This document shows positions 11,813 through 20,779 of a stretch of DNA of 64,000 bases, one piece after another. Position 1 is the stretch's first letter. The number at the start of each line of letters is the position of its first letter. The translations under genes were made by a program, and so were the position numbers. Below the pieces are notes generated by a model. The model saw nothing but the letters and a program-made list of their open reading frames with translations, was not told the DNA's origin and did not search any database. The stretch comes from an uncultured delta proteobacterium (lineage in GTDB: Bacteria; Desulfobacterota; Syntrophia; Syntrophales; Smithellaceae): the NCBI GenBank assembly GCA_963705555.1, contig CAVPJZ010000002.1:43886-107885 (forward strand). The letters run 5' to 3'.

Positions 11813-13478
11813 ATGAGAAGCGATCTCATGAAAAAAGGGTTGGAGCGTGCGCCGCACCGTTCGCTCTTTAAAGCCATGGGCTATACCGATGAAGAAATTG
11901 CACGGCCACTGATCGGCGTTGTCAATTCCGCCAATGAAATTATCCCCGGACATATTCATCTGGATTTAATTACCCAGGATGTCAAAGCGGGAATCCGCAT
12001 GGCCGGCGGCACTCCGGTGGAATTTCCGGTAATCGGAGTTTGCGACGGAATAGCAATGGGGCATGCCGGCATGAAATATTCACTGGCCAGCCGGGAATTG
12101 ATTGCCGATTCCATTGAAATCATGGCGATGGCTCATCCTTTTGACGCTCTGGTTTTTATCCCCAACTGCGACAAGATTATTCCCGGTATGCTCATGGCGG
12201 CTCTGCGCTTAAATATACCGTCCATTTTTATCAGCGGCGGCCCGATGCTGGCGGGCAAAATGGAAGGTAAAGCCGTTGACCTCATCAGCGTTTTTGAAGG
12301 CGTCGGTGCGGTTAAAGCCAAAAAGATGACCGAAGCCAGTTTAAAGCAATTGGAAGATTGCGCCTGTCCGGGTTGCGGTTCCTGCTCCGGCATGTACACC
12401 GCCAATTCCATGAACTGCGTGACGGAAGCATTGGGATTGGGGCTTCCCGGAAACGGCACGATTCCGGCGGTTCAGGCGGCGCGTCGACAGGCTGGCCAAA
12501 CACGCGGGAATGAAAATAATGGAATTGCTCAAAAAGAAAGTGAAGCCGCGCGATATCGCGACGCTGGCCGCTTTTAAAAACGCCATTGCCGTGGATATGG
12601 CGCTGGGTTGTTCCACCAATACAGTTTTGCATATTCCGGCGATTGCTCATGAAGCGGGCATTAAACTTGATTTGGACCTCTTTAATAAAATCAGCGAGAA
12701 AACTCCCAATCTCTGCAAATTAAGTCCCGCCGGTCATCATCATATTGAAGATTTGGACACGGCCGGTGGTATTCAAGCCGTGATGAAAGTCATCAGCACG
12801 CTGGGCGTCATTGATACAAAAGCCCATGACCGTTACCGGTAAAAATGTGGAAGCTAATTTAAAAAACGCCCGCGTTTTGAATGATGAAGTCATCCGGCCA
12901 TTGAATAATCCTTATTCACCGCAGGGCGGCATCGCTATTTTGCGCGGCAATCTGGCGCCGGACGGCGCAGTCGTGAAACAATCCGCTGTCGCTCCCGGCC
13001 ATGCAGGTCAACGAAGGCAGGGCCCGAGTCTTTGATTGCGAAGATGACGCCATAAAAGCAATTCTGAGGCGGAAAAATTAAATCCGGTGATATTGTTGTC
13101 ATCCGCTATGAAGGTCCCAAAGGCGGGCCGGGAATGCGAGAAATGCTTTCGCCCACATCGGCCATTGTCGGCATGGGTCTGGATAAAACAGTTGCTCTTT
13201 TGACTGACGGACGTTTCAGCGGCGGCACGCAGGGCGCGGCTATCGGCCATATCTCACCGGAAGCGGCGGAAGGCGGCCCGATCGCGCTGGTTAAAGAAGG
13301 CGACATCATTGCCATCAACATTCCGGCAAAAAACTTGAATCTGAAAGTCAGCGATAAGGAACTGGAAAAGCGCAGAAAAGCTCTAAAACTAAAAAAACCG
13401 GCGATTACGAGCGGCTATCTGGCGCGCTATGCGAAGCTGGTTACGTCCGCTTCGACGGGAGCAATTTTTAAAGACTGA
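11813..13478 (+). CDS. ilvD: Dihydroxy-acid dehydratase; at least four frame breaks
   Basis: ORFs 11813.., 12510.., 12811.. and 13134..13478 are colinear with IlvD ([45 protein letters not shown]). Confidence 0.9.
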
Positions 13479-13600
13479 TACCAATTGTTTTCTTCAGCTA
13501 ACTTTGTTGGCATCGTCGTCGGCTTCCTCAACGTATTTGTAAATACGCCTGCGGAGCATCATCCTTGCCGCCGCGTTATCCTTTGAAAGCAAAACGGTAT
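13477..13600 (+). repeat. Stop-codon-abutting intergenic element, 124 nt
   Basis: Its first bases are the GA of the ilvD TGA. It is near-identical in layout, and over most positions, to 27248-27371. It contains the core TTGTTGGCATCGTCGTCGGCTTCCTCAACGTAT..ATACGCCTGCGGAG..CCTTGCCGCC. Confidence 0.7.
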
Positions 13601-13817
13601 AAATCAACTTAGGGAACGATTGCGACCGTCCCCGCTCTTGATATAGTCTTTTAAACCGTATAACGGAACGCATCAATCCTGTAGGCCGATTGCATGCTGT
13701 TCTCAGGCAATGCTCCGGTGTAACAGCAACACTCGACTTCTCTCCATCATTCCTGGCAATACCAGCGTAACGTTAGTGAAAGTGGCGTGCTCTCGCTGGT
13801 CGCTTAATAGTGACGCT

Positions 13818-14513
13818 TCATACTAAATGTAGCAGGCACGCATGAATAACACCTGTTGTCAGTATATGAAACAACCGGGCGTTCTTGATTGAGGTTTGTG
13901 ACATTGGACCATCCCCTATGAGTCGCAGCAATTCATCTGCTGAGAATTCGCACATCGCACCAATATAGCGGGCTATTCCTCGGCCTTCATTTCGGATGGC
14001 GAAACGCATGAGTACTTCGTGGGGACTTGGCCCAGGAACAAGTTCAAGCAACATTCAATGTGAGCTTCTCCATGTTCTTCGAGATAAATTCCTCGATACA
14101 AAAGTCTTGTCGCAGAAATTCATGGCATTGCTCGATGGCTTTGTCGCTTCCGGCAGCATTGTATAGACCCAGAGCCTCTTCTCCAAAGATTCCTTGTGCC
14201 AAAATCAGAATTAACAGTGAATCTTTGTCTCATAAAAATAACCGATACGATCATGGTCCCAGTTTGATCGCATGTTCTTATCAGTCTGACTCCCAGCCAA
14301 GCGTTTTCATCGAACTGCTCAGCCCGAAAGGCTGCTAGACTGCCACATCGGACACCAACTCGCGTTGCTCTGTCCTTTATTGTTTGAATCAAGGTATGCC
14401 ATCTTGACGATCCTAATCGAAGCATTCCGGCAGACGATGATTGAATGAAAAGAACCGTGACTAGCTCCAATGTATGAAACTCTCTTACCTCGACACCAAA
14501 TTCTGGCTAACAA
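13818..14513 (-). pseudogene. Uncharacterised, frame-broken or degraded coding remnant
   Basis: Only short ORFs in three frames are present (13818..14054, 14120..14470, 14319..14513). None resembles a family I recognise. Confidence 0.25.
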
Positions 14514-14586
14514 TTGATATATAAACTACGCTTTTCCTTATCTTTATACCATAGTCTGTATCAATAGTAGTAACGTTCGCTGCTTT

Positions 14587-14692
14587 CAAATCAAAGATGA
14601 TATCAAGGCGGCGAGGAAGAGGCGACGCAGGCGTATGCGGCTATACGTTGAGGAGCCGATGACGCTGCCAACGCAGATAGCGCTTTGATTTG
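14587..14692 (-). repeat. Stop-codon-abutting intergenic element, 106 nt
   Basis: It begins 10 nt after the pldA TGA when read on the minus strand. A perfect 10-bp closing helix forms between CAAATCAAAG and CTTTGATTTG. Same core and the same CGTAT/ATACG hairpin. Confidence 0.65.
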
Positions 14693-14701
14693 GAACCGGC
14701 G

Positions 14702-15815
14702 TCAGTTCCAATCCACCAGCATCAACCCGGCACTAATCCGATTTATGCTAGTGTTGTAATCGATCAGGCTCTCCCCGTAGCCATTAAAATACTGAATGTA
14801 GAAGCTGATATTTTTAAAATTATCACTGATAAAAGACAACGGAATACTCCAATCCAGTTGAACCGCCCCCAAATTATTCTCGACCGTAAATTATTGCGCA
14901 ACATTGCCGCGAAACGCTGACCTTTCCAGTAATAAATCCCCCATAATTCGCCATACCCCATATATCTGGTAATATCAGGATTATCGTCATTGTGTTCGTC
15001 TTCCGGAATCCGGTACCATGTTTTCAAAAGCAAATTAAAATTGTCTTTTTCCATGCCCACATTAGCTACAACACGGTTCCAACTGCGGGAAAGAGGCCGG
15101 GAACGGCCATTGGATTGATGGTTCAACCCAAGATTAAAATATCGTACTTTAAAATTATCAAAACCGGGGATTTAGATAATCGGTGCGAAAGTTGATCAAG
15201 CAGCTCCGGTTCGTAATTGGTATCGCGGAAAGGAGAAGAAAACGCCGAGTTGTAAAGCTGCCAGAACGAAAGTTGCGTGTAGGCCACCCATATATCTATA
15301 CCGATATCCTTTTTAAATACATCTTTCAGCGTATCCTTGAGCACATCTTCCCAAATCTTCATTTTAAAGCTTAATTGAAATTTTGCTTCGTCGTGCTGGG
15401 CTTTGGCCCTCGGATCCATATCCAAAGCGGTATCTTCATTCGGCGAGGAATTATAGGCAACAGGCAAGAAATAGTTAGGGCGGTAAGGTTTAAGCATGTA
15501 AAAAGAGCTTTTCCCTTTTTCCCCGTCTAAATCCCAGTGTTTCGACATTACGGAAATCTGCTTTTTTTCCTTCGCCGGTTCTTCAGTTACTGCTGCGGCA
15601 GCAGCGCTCGGAGGTGAAGTGTCTTTTACAGAAGTTTGTTGCTTCGCCAGATTATCGAAGCACTCCAATCTCGCAGCGGCGTCATCTTTAATTTTTGCGC
15701 ACTCAGCCACGCGGTCGGCAATTTCAGCGGCGTCACCGGGAAACGATGAAAACAGCAAAAAAAACATACATATTAATATTGTTTTAAATGCTTTCCTGAT
15801 TTTTAAAGTTTCCAT
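14702..15815 (-). CDS. pldA: Outer-membrane phospholipase A (OMPLA); about two frame breaks
   Basis: YRPNYFLPVAYNS, FQLSFK, YTQLSFWQLYN and, after shifts, NGRSRPLSRSWNR, DDNPDI and YFNGYGESLIDYN. The ATG at 15815 overlaps the upstream stop (TGATG). Confidence 0.8.
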
Positions 15816-16693
15816 CAATGCAAACCCTCTTGCCTTTCTTGTTTTCTTTTATCCAAATCAGCATATAATTTTTTCTCGCAATCCGGACAAATGCCGTGGC
15901 TGAATTCCGCCTCGGTATGTTTTTGGAGATAAGCTTCGATTTGATTCCAATAGCCTTTATCATCACGAATTTTTTTACAGTAAGCACATATCGGCAATAA
16001 TCCGCTTAACTGTTTGACATCGGCCAGGACATTTTGAAGTTCGGCAATAGTATCATGCAATTTTACAACCAGAGGTTCTGTGACCTTAATAAATATTACT
16101 GCGCCGATCATAATGGCAATAATGCCAAATAAGCCGCAAATTAATCCAGCCTTGATAAAAGGAGCGCGAACTTCGGTCATATCGACCTTAGCAACAATAC
16201 CCCAGTTTAATAGCACCACCGGTTCGTAGGCAGCTAAAACTTGTTCTCCGCGATAATCCAATCCAACAATAGTTCCGGAATTCCCGGATAGCGCCTGTCG
16301 CATCGGTTCCGCCAATCTGGAGTTGAAAGGAACCGGTTGCATATTCTGCAAATTGCTATGACGCTGATTTAAAATAAAAACAATATCATCCCCTTGTCTT
16401 TTGGCCAGAGTGAACTCACCGGTTTCACCAAAACCCTTATAATGTTTATTCGCATCTATGACTTGGCTTAACGTCGCTTCATTTACTCCCAAAGGATAAG
16501 TCTTTCTGTATAGGGAATCGAATCTAGCCACTGCTTCAATCAAGCGGGCCTGACTCACGACAATGTCCCGAAGATCATTTGCTTGTTCTTTAAATGCCGT
16601 TCGGTAAAGCATTGTAATCGCAATCACTTCGACTCCCAGAACTATCACTACCATGATTAAAATCAGCAACATAATTCTTTTGCGCGGGCTCAT
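15815..16693 (-). CDS. Membrane sensor: two TM helices flanking a Cache-like periplasmic domain, with a C-terminal CxxC...CxxC module
   Basis: 292-aa intact ORF. It has an N-terminal TM helix, the Cache-like segment DYRGEQVLAAYEP...WGIVAKVD and a second TM helix. It ends LPICAYCKKIRDDKGYWNQIEAYLQKHTEAEFSHGICPDCEKKLY. Confidence 0.7.
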   Translation of the reverse strand: MSPRKRIMLLILIMVVIVLGVEVIAITMLYRTAFKEQANDLRDIVVSQARLIEAVARFDSLYRKTYPLGVNEATLSQVIDANKHYKGFGETGEFTLAKRQGDDIVFILNQRHSNLQNMQPVPFNSRLAEPMRQALSGNSGTIVGLDYRGEQVLAAYEPVVLLNWGIVAKVDMTEVRAPFIKAGLICGLFGIIAIMIGAVIFIKVTEPLVVKLHDTIAELQNVLADVKQLSGLLPICAYCKKIRDDKGYWNQIEAYLQKHTEAEFSHGICPDCEKKLYADLDKRKQERQEGLH

Positions 16694-16732
16694 TGTTCCT
16701 CCGTTAACGCTTCAAGATTTACTGTAGCAAAC

Positions 16733-17479
16733 TTACTTTTTTGCGGTAAGAATCTGCCGTACTTTTTCCAGTTCCTGTTGGTTATCTACTTCGACAGAAT
16801 CGTATGGTGTTATCACTACTTTGATTTTATAGCCGTATTCCAAGGCCCGGAGCATCTCCAGGGCTTCGAGCTTTTCCAGTTTTCCTTCGGGAAGTTTGGT
16901 GAAGGTGTCGAGGAAATCACAACGGTAGGAATAAATGCCGTGATGTTTGTAATAATCGGCTTTCATCGAGCTCGCGCGCACATACGGAATGGTTGCCCGC
17001 GAAAAATATAGGGCAAAAAATTGGTTATCGAAAGCAACCTTTACGGCATGTGGATGGGTAATTTCTTCTTCGAGAATAATTTTATAAATTAATGTAGACA
17101 TAACAATTGTGGAATCATCTACAAGAGGCCGGATAACTTCATCTACCTGCACCGGCTCAAAAATCGGCTGATCGCCCTGAACGTTGACGACAATGGCATC
17201 GGCAGAAATATTCAAAGATTTTACGGCTTCGGCAATTCTATCCGTGCCGGATCGATGTGCGGCTGACGTCATTATGGCATTCCCGCCGAATTTTTTCACA
17301 GCTCTAAATATTCTTTCGTCATCGGTGGCTACGGCAACATAGGGAACAGCTTTGGCTTTGGATACGCGCTCATAGACATGCTGAATCATCGGTTTACTGC
17401 ATAGATCGGCCAGAGGCTTCCCCGGAAAACGGCTGGACTCATATCTGGATGGGATGATGCAAACTATGTCTCTTTTCAT
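16733..17479 (-). CDS. kdsB: 3-deoxy-manno-octulosonate cytidylyltransferase (CMP-KDO synthetase)
   Basis: MKRDIVCIIPSRYESSRFPGKPL and GDQP motifs. The ATG at 17479 is preferred over the track start at 17521. Confidence 0.85.
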   Translation of the reverse strand: MKRDIVCIIPSRYESSRFPGKPLADLCSKPMIQHVYERVSKAKAVPYVAVATDDERIFRAVKKFGGNAIMTSAAHRSGTDRIAEAVKSLNISADAIVVNVQGDQPIFEPVQVDEVIRPLVDDSTIVMSTLIYKIILEEEITHPHAVKVAFDNQFFALYFSRATIPYVRASSMKADYYKHHGIYSYRCDFLDTFTKLPEGKLEKLEALEMLRALEYGYKIKVVITPYDSVEVDNQQELEKVRQILTAKK

Positions 17480-17543
17480 CTTTCTCGGCCTCGTGAAAAG
17501 CCCCTTGCATCCGTCGGGCAAGCATATGCGTAGTTTTACTACT

Positions 17544-18524
17544 TTAGCTACCCAAGTATTGGTCAGCTTGCTGCTGCAAGTAATTACCGATATAATCCCG
17601 CACGGAATCTTCCAGAGATAAAAACACTACGGGACATCCGGCAGTTTTCAGCTTATCCATTTGCGCCTGGGTGAAATACTGGTATTGATCGCGCAAGGAC
17701 CCGGGCATTTCGATATATTGGATATTGGTTTTGCGCCCCATTGCGGCAAATACGGCTTTAATCAAATCATTCCAGGTTCGGGCTTTGCCTGTCCCCAAAT
17801 TAAAAATGCCGTTGATATTCGGATTATTAAAAAGCCACCACATAACGTCCAGGCAATCTTTGACATAGACAAAATCGCGCATCTGGCCGCCATCGGGATA
17901 TTCTTTCTTGCAGGATTTAAAAAGCCGCACTTTACCAGTTTGCTTGATTTGGTTAAAAGCCTTGAAGATTACGCTTGTCATTTCTTCTTTGTGGTATTCA
18001 TTAGGACCGAAAACATTGAAAAATTTGATGCCCGCAATTTTATTTTCCAGCTTATTTTTTAAAACCCATAAATCAAATAACTGCTTGGAATAGCCATACA
18101 TATTAATCGGTTTAAGCTTACTGATTTTACTGTGGTCATCGGAAAAGCCCAGAGTTCCATCGCCGTAAGTCGCGGCGGAACTGGCATAAATAAACCGGAG
18201 ATGACGCCGCAGCGCCCATTCGGCAAGTTTGCGGCTATAAAGGTAATTATTTTCCCAAAGATAGTCCGCGTCGCGCTCCGTTGTGGATGAACAGGCACCC
18301 ATATGTACAATAGCGCTGGTTTCAAAAGGCACTTGATCGGCACAGACCATTTGTAAGAACTCATCTTTATGGATGTAATCAACAAAACGCCGGTTGACTA
18401 AGTTCTTCCATTTGTCGTCGGTACTCAATCGATCAACGATGACAATATCATCGATGCCTTCCTGATTGAGACGCCAGATAAAAGCGCTGCCGATAAATCC
18501 GGCACCGCCTGTAACAATAATCAT
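17544..18524 (-). CDS. hldD: ADP-L-glycero-D-manno-heptose 6-epimerase
   Basis: 326-aa intact ORF, MIIVTGGAGFIGS..., colinear with the SDR-type HldD/RfaD. Confidence 0.85.
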   Translation of the reverse strand: MIIVTGGAGFIGSAFIWRLNQEGIDDIVIVDRLSTDDKWKNLVNRRFVDYIHKDEFLQMVCADQVPFETSAIVHMGACSSTTERDADYLWENNYLYSRKLAEWALRRHLRFIYASSAATYGDGTLGFSDDHSKISKLKPINMYGYSKQLFDLWVLKNKLENKIAGIKFFNVFGPNEYHKEEMTSVIFKAFNQIKQTGKVRLFKSCKKEYPDGGQMRDFVYVKDCLDVMWWLFNNPNINGIFNLGTGKARTWNDLIKAVFAAMGRKTNIQYIEMPGSLRDQYQYFTQAQMDKLKTAGCPVVFLSLEDSVRDYIGNYLQQQADQYLGS

Positions 18525-18661
18525 GCGTACTGCTCCTTTGCTATCTTAAAAATTGTTATATTTAACTAATACTTAAAAGAATTACTGTCAATAAAGAAAA
18601 TTGTCGCGTTTCTTGCCGTTTGTTGGCCGTGTGAAGATTAACGCTTCCTAATGGTTTGCTT

Positions 18662-18670
18662 TTATCCACA
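18662..18670 (+). promoter_or_regulatory. Perfect consensus DnaA box (TTATCCACA) abutting a promoter -35
   Basis: Exact TTATCCACA at 18662-18670, immediately upstream of TTGACA at 18671-18676. Confidence 0.3.
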
Positions 18671-18700
18671 TTGACAAAGCTCCTTACATAGAGTAAAAAT
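18671..18700 (+). promoter_or_regulatory. Candidate sigma-70 promoter for the 18727 gene
   Basis: TTGACA (18671-76), a 17-18 nt spacer, then TAAAAAT (18694-700). The RBS AGGAGGGAG precedes the ATG. Confidence 0.45.
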
Positions 18701-18726
18701 TTACAACTATTCTAAGGAGGGAGAAA

Positions 18727-20637
18727 ATGATGAATAAAAAGAAGTATGTATTATTTTTATGTATTGCAGTCGCCCTCGTTTTGCTGGGTTCGCTGGGAGC
18801 GTACCTGGTGCATACAAGTGGCTGTGAGGTTAAAATTACCGACATGACCTATGTTACAGAGGATGGTGCCAGAATGAGGGCCTTGTTACTAGTGCCTAAT
18901 TCTGCAACTGTTGAAAATCCGGCCCCGGCTATTGTCTCTGTCCACGGTTATAACAACACTCTGGAAGTGCAGGATAGCAACCAGGTTGAACTATCCCGTC
19001 GTGGTTATGTGGTTATTTCGATTGACGCATACGACCATGGTCTATCGTCATTCCCTGATCCGCGAATCAACAAAGGTGTGGCACCTGATATGGGTACATA
19101 TGCTGCATTGCAATATCTAGGCACGCTGCCGTATGTTGATAAAAATCGCATCGGCGTGGTCGGCCATTCCATGGGTGGAATCATTCTGCAAATTGGTGCA
19201 ATGAGGGCATTTACAAATCATGAAAAAAATCCATCAATTATCATACCTAAAGCATTAGTGCCTACTGAACACACTTATTTGGTAAACAAAGAAGGTGCCC
19301 TTGTGTATGGGAAATATCCGGTTAATGTTGGCCTTATGTTCGCTCAATATGATGAATGGGCGGACAACATGTGGAAGGTTCCTAAAGGCAGTGACGTTAA
19401 TATTTCAAAAAATGGTATTGCCGGTATGGGATTCCCCGGTGCCGAATATAACTCCTACTATGTGTTTGGTAACGATAAAAAACTTACCAGGGATGAGGCA
19501 ATAGCCGCTGCGGCAGCAGGAAAATTGCGGGTACTCTATCAACCCCCGATTATTCATCCCCGAGCCCATTTTTCCAAGGTTGCCGAGTCTTATATTCTGG
19601 ATTTTTTCGATATAACGTTGAAGGGCGGCAAAGAAACTGTGCCGGCTACTGAACAGACTTGGCCTTGGAAGGAATTTTTCACCGGTCTTGTTTTGGTAGG
19701 TTTTTTCCTTTTTATAATTCCCTTTGCATTCCTGATGCTGGAGATTCCATACTTCAAAAAAATCATCAGACGGGAACCTGTTGCCCCATCAATAATTACA
19801 AAAGCCAAGAACAAGATGATTTACTGGATAATATTTATCATCTGCTTGCTGCCGGCTCCGCTAATCTATAATTGGGCGGTGGGCTATCCGATAGCCATCA
19901 AGTCAATGGATCGATCTGTTCCCACAATATTCCCTTTCAACAGTTACTTCCAGTTGCCTTGTGTAAATGGTGTCGTACTGCTCATGCTAATAGTGGGCGC
20001 CATTCTGCTCGCAATATTTATGGCAACTTACTTCTTGGTTATGAAGAAAAATAAAGTAACCTTTGCTAATCTGGGAGTAAAACTTTCCGGCGCAGATCTT
20101 GGAAAAACTGCCCTGTTGGCCTTAATAGTATTTACGGCAACTTATTTCCTGCTGGTAATTATCAATTTCTTCTTCCTCAGCGACGCCAGATTCTGGGTAT
20201 TCAGTATTAAGACACTCACGCCCATTAAATTCTTCATTTTGCTTAAATACTTACCATTCTTCCTATTCTTCTACCTGATCAACATCTTGCTGCTCAACTC
20301 GTTTACCAGAATAAGAGGGGCAAGCGAAGGAACCAATATTGTGTTGATGGTAATTGCCAGCGTCGCCGGTTTAGCGGTGTTACACATTCTCGATTATGGA
20401 TGGCTTTATACTACCGGCGTTAAGCTGATCCCCTCCGTCCCATTTCCTCCCAATATCACGTCAGCGCTTGCCGGCGTACTGTTATGGAATCTGTTGTTTA
20501 TATTGCCGCTGGCAGCAATATCGGCAAGGATCTTTTTCAGGAAAACAGGGTCTATCTGGCTGGGAGGTTTTGTTAACAGTTTAATTATCACTTTGTTTGC
20601 AATTTCGAACACTGTGGCATCTGCAGGAATTATCTAG
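18727..20637 (+). CDS. Alpha/beta-hydrolase domain fused to a C-terminal polytopic membrane domain (uncharacterised)
   Basis: 636-aa intact ORF. It has an N-terminal TM helix, the nucleophile-elbow motif GHSMGG, then roughly 8 hydrophobic helices over the last ~320 aa. Confidence 0.7.
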   Translation: MMNKKKYVLFLCIAVALVLLGSLGAYLVHTSGCEVKITDMTYVTEDGARMRALLLVPNSATVENPAPAIVSVHGYNNTLEVQDSNQVELSRRGYVVISIDAYDHGLSSFPDPRINKGVAPDMGTYAALQYLGTLPYVDKNRIGVVGHSMGGIILQIGAMRAFTNHEKNPSIIIPKALVPTEHTYLVNKEGALVYGKYPVNVGLMFAQYDEWADNMWKVPKGSDVNISKNGIAGMGFPGAEYNSYYVFGNDKKLTRDEAIAAAAAGKLRVLYQPPIIHPRAHFSKVAESYILDFFDITLKGGKETVPATEQTWPWKEFFTGLVLVGFFLFIIPFAFLMLEIPYFKKIIRREPVAPSIITKAKNKMIYWIIFIICLLPAPLIYNWAVGYPIAIKSMDRSVPTIFPFNSYFQLPCVNGVVLLMLIVGAILLAIFMATYFLVMKKNKVTFANLGVKLSGADLGKTALLALIVFTATYFLLVIINFFFLSDARFWVFSIKTLTPIKFFILLKYLPFFLFFYLINILLLNSFTRIRGASEGTNIVLMVIASVAGLAVLHILDYGWLYTTGVKLIPSVPFPPNITSALAGVLLWNLLFILPLAAISARIFFRKTGSIWLGGFVNSLIITLFAISNTVASAGII

Positions 20638-20683
20638 TTATTATTTTAAGCTAGATATTTGATCAACAAGTTGTTTTAAACAC

Positions 20684-20727
20684 AAAGGCCAAACAGATCA
20701 GCCAATTGGCGGGTTTGTTTGGCCTTT
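20684..20727. terminator. Bidirectional terminator hairpin between convergent genes
   Basis: AAAGGCCAAACA (20684-95) pairs with TGTTTGGCCTTT (20716-27), a 12-bp stem with A/T flanks. Confidence 0.55.
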
Positions 20728-20779
20728 AATAATGAATATACAATTATTTGACGCAAAGAAAAACTTTAATCATTCTCCA

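Noticed and set aside
13476-13585. Stop-codon read-through or selenocysteine recoding at the TGA that starts the element. selA is present, and bacterial SECIS hairpins follow UGA directly.
   Set aside because: The in-frame continuation after the ilvD TGA is open for about 35 codons. The near-identical copy at 27248 hits TAA after 7 codons, and loop-length differences shift the frame. No coding conservation is therefore present.
13477-13600. The interspersed elements could be integron attC sites or gene-cassette boundaries.
   Set aside because: There is no intI. The flanking genes are core housekeeping genes (ilvC, ilvD, pldA, lpdA). The RYYYAAC/GTTRRRY core sites are not properly present; GCCAAC is one base short.
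13494-13676. Track ORF (60 aa, minus) and a 22-aa SD-ATG peptide (MMLRRRIYKYVEEADDDANKVS) on the reverse strand of the element.
   Set aside because: The ATG and the frame are not preserved in the other copies. The conservation is at nucleotide and structure level.
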